Positions 25,101 through 40,100 of a stretch of DNA of 64,000 nt are shown here, in pieces. The translations under genes were made by a program, and so were the position numbers. Position 1 is the first letter of the stretch; each line of letters opens with the position of its first letter. Below the pieces are notes generated by a model. It was not told the origin of the DNA and made no database searches. It was given only the letters and a program-made list of their open reading frames with translations. This DNA comes from Vicugna vicugna (taxonomy: Eukaryota): assembly GCA_013265495.1 (NCBI GenBank), contig MU062062.1, forward strand, positions 2,638,406 to 2,702,405, in the 5' to 3' direction.

Positions 25101-28100
25101 TCCAGCCCACCAGGCCAGATGTGGTCAAAGACCTTCTGGGGTGCAGAGGCATGTTCTTGGACTTTCTCTGTCCCGCAGTCATAATGTTGCACAGCTGGAG
25201 GGAGCACCAGCCTGTACCGCGCACCTGTGGGCTCTCCTGGCGTGTCCCTCCCAGCAGGCTCAGGAGATGGCTGTGCTTTACCCTCACGGCACAGACGAGG
25301 AGCCAGGGCCAAGCTAGTGCCCTGTTCACGCAGGTCACAGCTGGCAGGTGCGTCCCTGTCGTCAGGGAGGTTTGTGCATCCCAGGGCCCAAGAGCAAGCC
25401 GGGTTTGCTGGGAGAGCAGCTCCACCGCTGCTTGTTACCCTTCCCCCCTTGCCGCCCTCCCAGGACGCGGGCAGCCAGCAGATCGGGTTCTTGCTGGGAA
25501 GCTGTGGGGTGACGGTAGCCTTGACGAGTGACGCCTGCCACAAGGGGCTGCCAAAAAGCCCGACTGGGGAGATCCCACAGTTCAAAGGTGAGCCTCGGCC
25601 CCGCGCCCCCCACCCCCGCACGAGTTCTCTGCCAGCATCCTGTGTGCGTTCAGCCCGAGCCCTGAGATCCTGCTGCCGGGGCTGCAGCCCGTGGGCATGG
25701 TCTTAGACTCAGTGGAAACCCCGGGGGTCAGCCTGGCTGTGCATTGTGAAGCGGGCAGCCAGCAGGAAGGTGGTGGTCACACCTGTCTTCTGGAGATGCT
25801 TGTCTGACAGGAATTTGTCCTTTATTCCCAAGGTTGGCCAAAGCTCTTATGGTTTGTCACAGAGTCAAAACATCCCTCTAAACCTCCTCGAGATTGGTTC
25901 CCGCACATTAAGGATGCAAATAATGACACTGCATATATCGAGGTGAGTTGCTGGGTCTGGATGAGGTTGAGGAACTGAGCAACAAGTACTCTTACGGGTC
26001 AGGGCCCAGGGTCACCGGTGGTGTGAGCCCTCGCTTCACCCCCGGACACCACCGCCACCATCTTCTCATTGCAGTACAAGACGTGCAAGGACGGAAGCGT
26101 GCTCGGGGTGACTGTGACCAGGATCGCGCTTCTCACCCACTGCCAGGCCCTCACCCAGGCCTGTGGCTACACGGAAGGTATGGGCGGACCCCTCCTGTGG
26201 GACCCTGACCCCAGCCCCGTGGGATGTGCATTGTTCCCACTGGTTACAAATGGGGAGTTGTGATGAGTTTGCACCCGGCTGCACGGAAAGTCAGTTTGTC
26301 GGATTATTCAGCTAGCATCTTTGCTCTGGTGGGTAACGGACACTGCAGACCGGGGCTTAAACAACCGACACGGCTGTTTCACAGTCTGGAGGCCGAAGTC
26401 CGAGATCCAGGGCTGGAGGGTTGGTTCCTGGTCTGCAGACAGTGCCTCCTCGCTGTGTCCTCACACGGCCTCTGCTGTGTGTGCGCGCAGAGAGCTCTGA
26501 TGTCTGCTCCTCTTCTTGGAAGGAGCCTGGTCCTCTTGGATCAGCCCCCACCCTGTGACTTCAATTCTTTCCTTAGAGCCCCATCTCCAGACACAGACAT
26601 ACTTGGGGTTGGGGCTTCAATGTGGGAATTTGGGAGAAAACAGTTGAGGCTCTAATAGACAGTTGACACCATTGGTATGTGTTAATGCCTGGGTGCAGGT
26701 TAGAATGTCTTCGGGAGTTTTAAAAAAAGTGCCCACGCTTCAGCCACCGCCCTCTACCAGCTGAGTTGGGGATTCTGGGGCTGGGTTCCACGGTCAGAGA
26801 ATTGGTTTCTTGATGTGCTTTTTTTGCCCTGTTTGGGATGGTCCTGCGGGCCCAGAGCTAGGGTGACCAGAGGTAACCAGGTTGACAACGCTGACGGGCT
26901 CATGGAAGGAAGGGCCAGGCCATGTACCCTCCGCTCCTTCTGCTGGAGCGTCTGGGATCAGGGCGCCGCCTGAGCCACGTCGCAGGCGCCCACCGTGCTG
27001 GAAGCTTTGCGGTGCAGAGGAAGCTGGTGTGGCATCTGTCACACGCTGTGGAAGGAGAGGCTTCCCTCTTTTTGCTGTTCTCGTTCTCTCGCTCCCTCCA
27101 TCCCTCTGTCATCTCCCCTTTTAGGGACAGTTCACTTGTCTCGCAGAGATGTTCTCCTGATGTTTGTTCTCTGGACTAGTTTCCCAGATGCTTTCAACAC
27201 GTCGAGACATGGCTCCTCTAATCATCACACCCTTGTGTCAGTGTATTCAGTTTTAGCCCCAGCTTTTCTTATAAGCTCACGACCTGTATTCCTTGCCCTA
27301 ATTTCTTGAAGATCCAGGGCTGTCACTCTTGAAGGGCCGGGGAGGAAAGATACATGTATTTACTCTGTTTCTCCACTTTAAAAAACCTCACATAAAATAG
27401 GACACAGGCTGTGTGTTTTGAACGTCTCTCTCCAAGGGGGGTGAGGCACTCGGGACTGAAGCTTTGGTGAGCGTTCTGGCGAGCGTTTGCTGGAAATCAC
27501 CAGTTCCTGCAAATACTCAGTGTTTCCTTCTCCTTCCTGCACGTGTGATGGAAATGAAAAGAATCTTTTAAAAAAGAACGGGCAGAGAGGAGGAAAGCAA
27601 ATATGCAAAAAGAGAAGGAGCAGGGTGTTTAAGTGATGGTGTGACGAGCCCTTGCTGTTAGGTTACGTGTCAGAATTTCACCTGGAAGCACTTTCCAGCC
27701 AGGCCAGCGTTTTTAAACGGCTCTGACGGGAGGCTGTGGCATTTATGCAAAGACAGAGTGAAATGGTATTTTCCCAAAACCCATTATTTCCCGCTGATGT
27801 GGTGCTGGGTTTTCTTTGTTCTTTGGTCTGCGCTCATCTTCTGTGAGTAAAAATCTTTGACTCTTTTTATTTGTATAGCTGAAACGATTGTGAATGTGTT
27901 GGATTTCAAGAAAGACGTTGGGCTCTGGCATGGAATCCTAACAGTAAGTGTGGCGCCTGCCCCGCTGTGTCCTGTTTACCTTTGAATGTGCTCAGTGTCG
28001 GGGTTAGAGTTCTGACCTGTGTGCGCTGCGTCCTGAGGAAGCCCCTTCCTCCCCCGTTATAAAGAAAAGCCGCCATTGTTAGAAGTGTTAAGTTGTCAGC

Positions 28101-31100
28101 TGACACAACTCCCAGAAGCACAGCAAACCGGTGAGTCAGTAGCTCCTCGCCTGAGTCTTGGGCACGCACTCTGAGGTTGTGGCCGCAAGGGCCTTTCTCA
28201 GGCTCTGAAAGTTCAGCGTCTTTCTCCCCAAGGTTGCACTGAAGACTGCACAGCAGTGCTGCTGACGTCTTGCACGTGGGTCACTCTTCCCGTACATCTG
28301 CTTTGGCTGCCATGTTCTTGTTTGTATTGCCTGTGAGTCATCGATAAATGAACATGTCAGTAGTCTGCTGTTCCTTACGCTGCAGGGGAAAAGCACCTCA
28401 CACGATTTCCCCTTGGCCGCAACGTCAGCACGAGCTGTGTGGAATGTGTCTCGCTGTCGCCAGTGTCACTTGTGCAGTGATGACCACTCAGAGCCGCAGG
28501 CATCTTTGATGGAGGGGCGACCTTATTACTTACCACACGCTCGGAGCTCAGGAAGCGTGTGGCGTAGCTGCCGAGACGCTCACTGTGTCTGATCTATACG
28601 TGATAATTTCCACTCACCCACTTTTCTTTTTAAGTTTCTTATGCTGAAAGTATCTCTTCTGAAGGAAAAAATTCTAGTTGTTTTATGTGAGTGATAGGAA
28701 CATAAATACAGAAAGTGGGATTTGTTATTTCCTGATAAACCAGAATTTGTTAGAATAAGAGCACGCAGGCATCGCACAGGCAGAAGCTGGGGCTCCGGCC
28801 CAGCCGGCTTCTTTCCCTGTGACCATCTGGACGCTGGTCAGTGAGACACAAGCACAGCCCGCACGCGCACTCTGGAGCCGGCTGGCGTCGGGGAGAGAGC
28901 GTGGCACCGCGCACCCTGGCTGGAACTCGGTCCCTCCTTCTGTAGCTTGTCGCTCCAGGCAGGTCGCCTGTGCCCAAGAATCGTCTGCTGCCCAAGTTGC
29001 TCTGCACCTCAGTTTCCCTATCTGTCCAGGGGAAAGGATGACCCATTGTGAGAACTAGGTGACCTGATGTTTAATGAGCACGTAGCCCATCCACCTGCTC
29101 CGTAACTGACAGAGCTGGTGTCACCACTGCCATCAGAGTTACCCTGTGACCGTCTTGGTTTTGAGGGCTCTGGGGTAGACCTTACTGACACTGTCACCCG
29201 CCTGATCACCGTTGCCCTGGATTCTGCCCCAAAACTGGCAGTTTCTGAGTCTCTCTTGCTGCACCTTCTAGAGCAAGGCAGGTCTCTGGCTAGACAGCGC
29301 CTACCCTTCCAGGGCTGCTTCTTTACAGTGAAAGATGCTCCCACCCCCAGCCTGAATGGGGAGCAAGCCTGAGCTGAGGGCACAGGCTGGCGGTCGGCAG
29401 GCTCACGCCTGGGGATCGGGTGCCTGTGGTCGTCTCCTGTGGAGCTTCTGAGCTGGATGGGCGCCCCCCAGCGCATCTGCGCCCTCTCACTCCCCCTCCA
29501 CCCACAGCAGGGGCAGGGCTGACAGGGGAACTTTGTCCGCAGCTTCCCCAGTTGTGGCCCCTCACCTGCCAGCTCTGTGAGTGCAGCCAAGCAGGTGTAT
29601 GAGTCCCAGCTGCAGCGTGCGAGGATGACCATTACGTAAACAGCTTTGATCCTCCATTTTAAAGAAATAAACCGTTGAAGGGTACTGGTCTACATTCGCA
29701 AGACAACTTTCCACTGCTCCTGGTGTCTCAGTGTAACGTTTAATGAAGGAAATTAATTTTGTGACATAAAAATTAGTAGAATACACAAGGGAGAATTAAG
29801 CCTCGAGACTATGAAAGGCCATTAAAAAATGATCATTCAACTAAAGTTTTTATAAAAAAAGGATTTAGGCTTAGGTTCTTTAGTTGTTTCAGCAGAGGCA
29901 GGAGTCGGGAGGATTAGACATCCTTTGAGAAGTCACCTCCACTCCCACAGCCTCTTAAAGGGCAATTCTGAGCGAGAGGCCTACTTGGGTCCCCCCACCC
30001 CCGCGTCCGGGCGGAGCCCCTCCCCACTCACCGCTGCCTGTCGTGCTTGCAGAGCGTCATGAACATGATGCACGTGATCAGCATCCCCTACTCGCTGATG
30101 AAGGTGAACCCGCTGTCCTGGATTCAGAAGGTCTGCCAGTACAAAGGTGTGTTGCAGGGATGCCCCTTTACCTCGCACCGTCTGCCAGGGCACCTGGCAA
30201 CTCACTTCCGCCTACTTCTCCTTCAGCAAAAGTGGCCTGTGTCAAATCCAGGGACATGCACTGGGCATTGGTGGCGCACAGAGACCAGAGAGACATCAAC
30301 CTCTCCTCTCTCCGGATGCTGATCGTGGCCGATGGCGCAAACCCCTGTAAGTGACGGTGCCAGCAGGCAGGAGAGGGCCTCACTCTCCAGGTTTCGTTCT
30401 CTGTGCTTTAATTTCCCCTTTTCTAGTCTTTACCTTAGTTAGGAAGTTGTCGTGAGATATTAACCAAGTAGTATCGCTCACCGTAGCCTCTGGGCACCAG
30501 GGCCTGAAGGTCCAGACAGCCCTGGGGTTGAGTCCTGCCTCTTGCACCTCCTGATTCTGAAGAGAACGTAACTCACTTGTTACAGCTCTTCTCTGTCAGC
30601 TGCAAGGTGGTACTCAGATCTTCACATTCTGTGAGGTTTAAGTGAAGCAGGGCCCATGTACAGCCCCTTGCGGTATAACAGGTGCTCAAGAAACACTATT
30701 ATTATTTTATGGTCTATAGCAGTGTTGACCAGGAAGTTAGCTTGTCCTTTTTAATGTAATTTGATTATCAAATCTTGTAGCAGAAATTACGTAGGTAAAA
30801 TAAATGAGCAGTTCCACAGAAAGCTATTAATATACCTTGAGAACTGTTTCACTCAGTCGGAACAAAAACGCAGCTAGCTTATTAATGAGAAGAACACAAG
30901 CCACACGCAGCGTGAATGAGGACAGTGAACTGAATGAGAAATTGTTTGGTTTTGACCACATGTGTAAACCCTGCAGCGTGTGTATTTGTAAGTTAAAGCA
31001 GCATCCACTTCACACCTCACAGGGAGAAGCTGACTTACAAACAGGTAATTACGTGTTAGTTTTGTAAGTGATTCTCCCATTTACAGAATAAGTCCATAAA

Positions 31101-34100
31101 TTGTGGGCTATTTATTGCACAGTTGGTTTTACCTGTAATTCTGCAGAGTAGTGTGTCTTGCAGGAATCAAGAAGACAGTATCAGGAAGTAGTCCAGCTGA
31201 TCGGTTCCTACTAATCACTCCTTCATCTCATCCCTCACATTAACGTGGAAGAGTATGTTTCCATTTAGCTGAGTTAAGACTTACCCATCTCTTGGAACAA
31301 ACATGCATATTGAAAATGGTAGAGTAAGTCTCAGAAAAGTTACTGAAGTTCATCCGTCAGCAAAACGGTTTTGATTAAGTGTAGAATTTTGCGTTTTTTA
31401 AATTCTTGAGCTCTGTGTTTGAGAGTGCTATCTTTCATTGTAACATAAATGATAGATTATGTTAAATGAAGTATTTTCCATGCTGCCTAACTCCTCATGT
31501 GCCCAAACCCTAACTTTAAAAGCACTTTGTATTACAGGATATTTTTAACCAGTCACACACTTCCACCGTCTGATGACCGTCCCCTCTTTCACTCTAGGGT
31601 CTATCTCATCCTGCGACGCATTTCTCAATGTCTTCCAGAGTAAAGGCCTACGCCAGGAAGTCATCTGTCCCTGTGCCAGCTCACCAGAGGCTCTCACTGT
31701 GGCCATCCGGAGGTACTGGCTACCTTGCTCCAAGGGGGTGGCCTGGGGGCGGTGTCTTTCAGCAGCTGGCAGAGGCCCGGCAGTCATCACAGCTGTCTCA
31801 GCATGAGTGCGAGCAGGGCACAGCTTTTCGAGATGAGGTTGCTCTCGTATGTGCTAGAGTGGGCTCTCTGAAGTAGTCGAGACACGTTAGTTACAGGGAC
31901 ACGTCTCGCTCTCGAGATTTGCAGTAATTCCCGAGTGCGTGGGAGTCTGTCCGAGGCCCAAGGAGCAGTACATCTGTCCTGGCTGGTCACCTGTGTCCTC
32001 ATTTGCTTTTTATCAGGCCCAGGTTTAACTCAAGTGTGGAGCAGAGTAAATGTTAGATGAAGCAAAATTTCTGTGGCCACCCCATGCCCTTTGCCACATG
32101 GTTTTCACGTTGTCTTCTTCATCGTCTGCCTTCTACAGTACTGCACATGTTGCACTTCTAAAACTGGTTTTCTGAGCTTCTGAGCCGCTTGGCAGCACCT
32201 CAGGGCTCTTGGGCCTGGGATCTCAGGCCCCGTGGGGTTGGGCTTTGGGGTGCTCTTGCCAAGGCCAGCAAGCTCAGTGCCCTTGGCCCCTAGGTTGCTG
32301 TGGTATCACCACCTGCTTCAGAGCCCTTGGGGACAGTCAGGGCCGATCCGTGGTTATGACCTGTGGGAGCGCACCTCTCCTGGGGTGAGAGGGCTGGACA
32401 GGCGCTTTGACTGTCGGCAGCTCCCAGGTACCCACACTAACGTGGGGAGGGATGCCTGCAGCCTGTGCACAACTTACTCTTCAGCACCTTGGGTTCTATC
32501 TCTCAGTAGGGTTTGGTTCATGTCATACCAGGGTGCTCCGTTGTAAGAACGGACAACAGACCTTTCTGTGCACAAAGTCCATGAGTTCTGCTCTCTTTAC
32601 TAAAAGATTTGGCTTCCCAAAAATTCACTGGAAAATTGTCCTTAAAAGAGACGCCTTCTGATGCTTTCAGATGTTTATTGATGTGACATTAATCAGACCT
32701 CCTGACTAACAGACTGAGAAATTGAAAATCTTTAAAGTATCAGAAGCAACTTTTTACTTTGATTGAATGAGAAATTTAAAGTCTATAACAATTTAAATTG
32801 ATGAGGAAATATGGCACCAGGAACCAGAATCTACTACTTGGACTTTTTATTTCCTAGGAAGTTGTTAACAGAGATAGAGATCATCTGATTTGGTTAATAA
32901 TGACAGAAGGACAGATTAAATGCATCTTACTCATCACATTAGGAGCAGTTGTAAGGCTGGTGGTCAGCGTCAGCATGAGCCTGCAGAAATGGGTACTGCT
33001 GCGGGGCAGCCTAGCCCTGAGGTGGGGGCGTGGGGTCTGAAGGCATGCGGAGCCGCACTTGGAGCCTGGGCGGGGCACTTCCTGTCTGCAGGGGAAAGTG
33101 TGGTGCCTGTCCCCGGGGGTTCCCGTGAGCAGTGGGTTCGCTAACAAAATGCTGGAGCAGCATTCTGAGTACATGGTGCGGTACGTGCGTCTAGTGAGTG
33201 AAAAAGTAATACTATGCGTACATTCGCAGTGGGACTGCAACGTGACAGTCTTTTGGGAAGGTACTTGGGTTTTATTAAAATTTTAAATGCATGTGCTTTT
33301 TGAGTCTTCCATTCGCTTTCTAGGTATGTATCTTAACCGAAATGTTTCCAAATGCTTAGAAACTAAATGAAATAAACATTCATATCGCTGAATACCATGT
33401 AACAATTAAAATGGGTCAATTCACAGGTGTGTCCAGGACACACGCCTTACATGCTCACATGCACACACTTACGTGGGAGGATCTGCAAGCTGTTTGGTGA
33501 GAAAAGCAAGTTGCAGAAGCATGTGCATGTGATTCTGCTTTTCTTGGGATGTAAATACGTGTGTGTGCACATTTCTTATAGAAATGCATATTAAAGAGGC
33601 TGGAGCTTTAGGTTTAACGTGTGGGTCGGGCTGCCTAGAGGAGGAAGGAGGGCGGGGGAGTGAGCAGGGGCTTTGGCCTTTGCGGTGTCCTCCTGCAGCG
33701 TGTGGCTTGTCCATAGCTTTGCTGTGCTCACGTGTTACTCATGTCACTTACTTTAAAATATCTTGAAAAGAAAGCTCCCAGGAAACTAAGAAGTGCTTGG
33801 TCGTCTAGGCTAGAGGCAGGGGCAGTGCTGAGAAAGGGGGCGGATGGCTGGGCAGAGGCTCTGCTGTGGGTTAAACATTGCTTCTTACTATCACTGACGC
33901 AAGAAAGTGGACCTTGTGACTAAGCCAGCAGACTGTGCGGTGCTGGGTCATAAAAAAACTTCCCCTCCTGGCGTCTCAGGTGCAACCTAAGTTCTTAAAT
34001 CTTCCCATACCTGGCGTGTGTCATGGCTAGTCCAGCATTTTGCTTTCATGTGGCTTTTTACAAATAAAAACAGGTGTACTTTTAAATTATTACTTGGAGT

Positions 34101-37100
34101 ATTCGTTTGCTAGGAGCCTTTAAACAGTAGAAGTTCACTGCCCTGGTTCTGGAGTCTGGAAGTCTGAGGTGAAGGTGTCGCAGAGTGGCTCCCTCCGGGG
34201 CTCTGAGAGAGAGAGACTCTGTTCCAGGAGCCTCTCCCACTGCCGCGAGTGCACCGCCTGGGCTCTGCCTCCACCAGCCTGCCTTCTCCCCAAGTCTGTC
34301 TCCCTTGTCTCTTCTTAGAGGGACGCCAGTCATTGGATTTAGGGCCCCTCATCTTAACTCATCGCACCTGCAAGGGCCCCGTTTCCCAGGAGGGTCACAC
34401 TTAAGGTTCGCAAGGTCAGGACTGGGACACGCCTTTGCGAGGGACACAAGCCAACCCACGGCAGACACTGAGGGTTAAGGTTTCTGACTCTGACGTGGAG
34501 TCCTGACTGAGAACGGGGGTGAGGGAGTCCTGGCAGCAGAGGGTTCCTGCCTGGCTCCTCTGTCTTCCATCTCAAAGTGTCGATTTGTTGGGGTCTTTAG
34601 AAAAGAAAAAGCCAAAGAGGGGATCAGTATCGATTCCAGTGTTTGGGGCACATTTCCAGGTATTTTCATGTGGGTCTTACTGTTTCAGAAGACTTCTTTT
34701 ATATCCTGTCAGCGCTGTTCTTTTTGATTGTGACAGACAGAAAAGCTCTATTTTCAGACTTTCTTATGCTTCTTTGCTTTTTAATTGAGGTGTAATTGAC
34801 ATTGGACACACACTTCTTTCTAAAATGCACCAGTTACTTGATTCAAATGAGGTCTTTTTGGAAATTTTAACTTTTATGTTTCCCATTTATGTTTTTCATT
34901 TCATTATAAACCTTGCTGATATTTTAAGGCCAAATAGGAAACTTCTATTTTAAGTCCATATTTTACATCCTGAAACTACATTACGGACTTGTATGTGGAA
35001 AATTACAGAAAGAAATGTGATGTTTACCTGAATTGCACTCTAACCTTGCTCACATTGAAGAAACCTTAGTTTGCAGGGATAAAGTCCATGCTCTTGGAAA
35101 TGTGTTATTTATTCCACTGACTGTCAGCAGACGTTTATTGCGATATACTATGCCAGGGGTGGGGTCCAGCAGTGACCAAAAGGAAACCCTGCTGCCCGCA
35201 GGGAGTTCAGACCCTGATGGAGGCGGCCTGCACGGATGGTTAGATGATGCTTGCTGTGGAGACAGCAGTGGGCAGAGCTATTTTGGTGGGGTGATGAGCA
35301 GTGAAATATTGGGGTCACCTTGGAGGACAGTGAGGTAGAAAGCCAGTTGGCCACCTGCCAGAAGAAGATTCCACAGAGGCAAGAGCAAGGGGCTTGAAGG
35401 GAGAGCAAGGCCGGATGCCACGTGGCCATAGGAGGAACAGGGTGGAGGCGAGGCCGGGACAGCAGAGAAGGCAGAGCCTGGGAGTGGCGGGACTGTGCTT
35501 TCCCCAACACTCACAGCTCGTCTCATCAGACAATTCCCAATTCTCACAGGTACAACAGAGCACGTGCCTACACAGTGTGCATCGGGCCTGGAGGCTGGAT
35601 GCACTGAGCCGCCGTTTCTCCTCACTGCTACCCTCTTTCGTGGGGACGGGACTCCCCCTTCCTAGCACTTCTCAAACTTGGAAAATCCGACCTTGCAGAG
35701 AGAGGGAGTGGGGAATGGAGAATGGGCTGTCTGCGGTGGAGGCAGGGTGGTGAGAGAGCACTGCAGGGTCTTCATGCTTGAGGCACTTGGATGTAGATGA
35801 GTCGACGTTAGTGTCCCCCAGAGAGTAGGTGCTAAGAACAGTACGGGGACACGTGGCAGCCATGCTGGCTTTCAGAGGCCTTCAAGACCAAGGGTGCAGC
35901 CCCGGTCTGCGTGAAGCATGTTTACACACGTGTCTGTGCTCTGACAGCTGGCGCGCTTCTAATCAGATGCAAACTGCTGTTACAGGCCCACAGACGACAG
36001 CAACCAGCCCCCGGGCCGAGGCGTCCTCTCCATGCATGGCCTGACCTACGGGGTCATCCGAGTGGACTCGGAAGAGAAGCTGTCTGTACTCACTGTGCAG
36101 GACGTCGGCCTCGTGATGCCTGGAGGTGAGTGTGGCCCCAGGCGCAGGCGGTGTGTGCATGCAGGTCAGCCCCCAGCCTGACCTGGAGTCTTCTCAAGTG
36201 TTTCCTAAGCTGCTCCATAACACTACCTCACCTGACAGAAGAAAACCCAGAATGTTCGCGAAACTGAGGAAGGGCCTCTATGCCGCGTGCGCCCTGGGAC
36301 CCCTGGAGGCACCGGTGCTGCCCTGCACTCGCAGTGGCACCTGGGCGGCTGGCCCCTGAGCAAAGGTCAGGCTCCCACTGGTCATCCTGGCACATTGGGC
36401 ACCTGGATCCTTCGCCGGGTTTGCCTTCAGCACGAGAGCCCTTTTTAAAAAGTCACAGACCATTTGCTTGTTGAGCAGAGGTGAGGCTCCGGGAGAAGGG
36501 CCTTCCTTGCTGAACCCCTTCTGCCTTCCCCTACCCTGTGCTGGGGCACCTCCTGCAACTTGCTGGCGGGAGACAGAGCCCGGTTTGGTTTGAAGGGGCC
36601 CTGACCTGTCCCATGCTCCCCACTTGGTGTTCCTGGGGCAGTTCCTCCAGGATCTGGGCCTTCCCCTCTTGAGGGTCCTCGTGCTCTCAGGTGTGGTCTC
36701 ACCTTTCGGGGGAAGAGGGGCTTGCATCCACATGCAACCCCCTGCAGCCGGCCACGTGCCCGCACTGCTGCTGCCTTGGCCAGGCCTCCGGCCTCCATTC
36801 CTTTCTTGCTTTAAAAAACACTTGCTTTTCAAATAAATAATAGTTCCCCAGGTTTCCAGCCTCAAAAGATGAGATGATTATAAAATATAAAAAGCCTCCT
36901 TTCCAACAGGAGGCAACCGCAGCGGAGACACGTGTGGACGTGTACAGACTTATGGATACGCAGACACTGTAGACGTGTACATGCACATACAGGCATGCAC
37001 ATACACGTACAGACATGCACACACGTGCAGGTGTGCACATACATGTGCAGACATGCACACACTCGCATATTCTTTTTCCTGTTTCTTTTTTTAATTTAAT

Positions 37101-40100
37101 GTGATGATCGAGCCCTGTGTGTCCTTAGGTCCTGCATCTTAAAGCTCATTTGTCAGCAGCATGTGAAGAGCTCGCAGGCTCCTTTCCAGGCCGAGTAGTG
37201 TTACACTGTCTGAACATGTAATAGTTTATCCAAACCCTCCCTGTTGGGCAGTTTCCCACTTTTTGCAGCTGCAGGGTGTTTGACGCAGGGTATAGCTCGT
37301 CTGTGCTCCTGTCTCTAGACGGGTGAGCCAAGAGTGGATGGGCACACGCCCACGGAGCTGTCAACCCCTGGTGTCCCCAGGCCGGCTGCGGGATTCACAT
37401 TCCTGCCACTGGTAGGGGTACCCTCCTTCTGCATCCGCTCCCTCGTCCCTGGCACACTTTCAGACTTTCTGACTTTCACCAACCTGAGGGATGAAGGATA
37501 TTTCAGTGTCATGTTTCCTGGAGCTTCTCTTAGCAGGAGTGAGCTGAGTATCTGTCTCCCTGCGTTTCAGCTGGCTGGTTTTGACGCAGAACGTCCTTTC
37601 CCCTCGGTGCCAACCACGGGGTCACAGGAAGCCTTGTTAGCTCTTCCTGCAGCTCAGCCTTCGCAGCATTCATGCCGCCTCCCTGAGCTGCGTCCCAACA
37701 CGCCCGTGCTCTGCGGGTCACCATGGGCGCAGTGTGTGCTGCGGGAATTTGAGAGAAGACTAGGCTGCCCATGGCCATTGGGAGGTGGTCTGCTTAGAAG
37801 AGCTGGAGAGGTGCTCTGTGCTCTCCGGTCTCAGAGTTCAGGCTGCGTCCCGGGGGCTGTGCACTTGATAATGAAATGCAGTGTGTGGCAGTGACCGTCA
37901 GGCTTACTCTAAGTGTCACCCTCGTATCTGGATGGCAGAAAGGGTTACTCCCTTAAATACGATTTACACACTAAAATTAAAGCGGTTGGAATTATTTCCT
38001 GATGTTACAACTGTGAGATCTGATGTTTTGCTGTAAACGCTGCTCTGTGCACTTGCATTCTCTTTTGAATCCATTTGTTTCTTCTCTCTGCCTCCCTTCC
38101 TCCCCACTGCCTCCCTGACATTCCCCGTACTGCCTGTCTGTGCTCAGCCATCATGTGTTCAGTGAAGCCGGATGGGATTCCTCAGCTGTGCCGGACGGAC
38201 GAGGTCGGGGAGCTCTGCGTGTGTGCAGTTGCTACAGGCACATCCTATTACGGCCTCTCGGGGATGACCAAGAACACCTTCGAGGTAGGTGGAAGGTGAC
38301 AAATGGCCACTACCAGGTGCATGAAACATGTGAGAGAGAAACATAAAACACATTCACAGTCATTTAAATATTAGCTGCACTTTCTCCTGCCATTTTTTAT
38401 GGTTTTCAGTAAACGTGGCTGAGTTGGAAAAAGCAAGTACAGTTTCTTTGAAAGGGGCCTTTTTAAAACTGCTCTCCTTGCCCGTTTAGTACGAGCACAG
38501 CTGACAGACAGGTGGGTGGCTGGGCGCCTGCAGTGCAGGCTTGGTCTTGCAGGGCCGGGAGCAGCGGCCCCTCAGGGCTGTCATCCGGAGCCAGACTTGG
38601 CCGGGTGTGAACAGACACACACACTGCACAGGTGACTGCCTGCACCACCCGAGCGTGCGTGCATGTGTGCGCACAGGTGTGGCGCATGGTTAGCGTGGTG
38701 GTGGGAGGCTAGGGGGTAAGGCCAGTGGGCTCAGCCTCAGCGCTGCACCCAGTTTCCTCAGAAGGTATGTGATTCGCGACCCTGGGAGGAGCGCATTCTG
38801 ACTAAGTCGTGTGTGAGAAAATGAGAATTGTTTGGGGATAAATTTCTAAACATGCAGATTTTGGATGTGAACACGTGCAATATGGTGTCTGGTCCATGCA
38901 GCGTTGCTGAACGTGGATTTAAGTTTCTAAAACGCCCCTGAAACTGAGCGAGACACGGTCTAACCAAAACTGGTCTTTTCTGTGTGACTTACTTGTCGGG
39001 TTGGAGGAAACTGGGTTCGAGTCTGAACTTGTGGTGGGGCTTGCTTCCTCTGTGTGTTTCTTTCCAGTGCATTTCAATAAGGGAAAATAGGATTTTAATG
39101 AATAGGGAGCATTTCACAACTGACAGATGTTGTTTAAAAGGCACTTTTTTTCTCCACTCACTACTTTAATGCTGTGGTTTTATTAGCAAAAGAATTAGTT
39201 GGTTTTAGACCACCACAGTCCTCTTAAGAGGGGCTGGGGCTCCTCCTTGGGTTCAGGTGAGGAGCCCCCCTGGAGCAGGGTGGAGGGCACTCAGCCGCCT
39301 GTCCCCAGGTGTTCCCGGTGACGAGCTCGGGGGCCCCGGTCAGCGAGTACCCCTTCGTGAGGACAGGCCTGCTGGGCTTCGTTGGCCCTGGGGGGCTTGT
39401 CTTCGCGGTGGGCAAGATGGACGGGCTGATGGTGGTCAGCGGGCGCAGACACAACGCCGACGACATCGTGGCCACCGCGCTGGCCGTGGAGCCCATGAAG
39501 TTCGTCTACCGAGGAAGGTGAGGGCACTTCTCCGCAGACCACACTTTCTAGATAACGCTCATAAATTGCTCTAACGGGACGACCTGTCCTCTTTGACGTG
39601 AAGCCACTGGAGTCTATGACTTCTGAGATTCCACGAGGTTCTGAATGTCCAGTTTTACGGAACTTTCCTGAGCCCATAAATATATTTTCAGCAACTTCCC
39701 TTCCGAGTAAAATAAGAATATCCGTTTGAGAAACGTACTTTTCGTAAGTAGCTACACAGGAAAGAGCCTAGCATTTCTTGCTGCAGCTCATTTCAAATGA
39801 CCCAGAGGTGATGGTTGAGCCCCAGCTGCCTAGAAAGTGGCTCTTGGGCTTCCCCCCGACCCAGCGGTGCCCCCGCCCACCTTGGCACATGGTCAGCACT
39901 GACCCACTGTCCACGGCTCCTGAGGGGTTGCTCACTTGGAGGGCATGATCGCTGCTGTGGATCTTACTCAGGTTGCCAAGGAAATGGGTGTGGGAGGAGC
40001 TGAAGCTGAGTGTTGGATGTGCAGAGGGCACCCCAGAGGTCCGGTTGCCATGGACCACGCTTCCTCTGAGAGGCAGACACGTCTAGTGGAAAACTGGCAC

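Noticed and set aside
25943-26074. Frame-preserving retention of the 132-nt intron
   Set aside because: In-frame TGA at 25976-25978.
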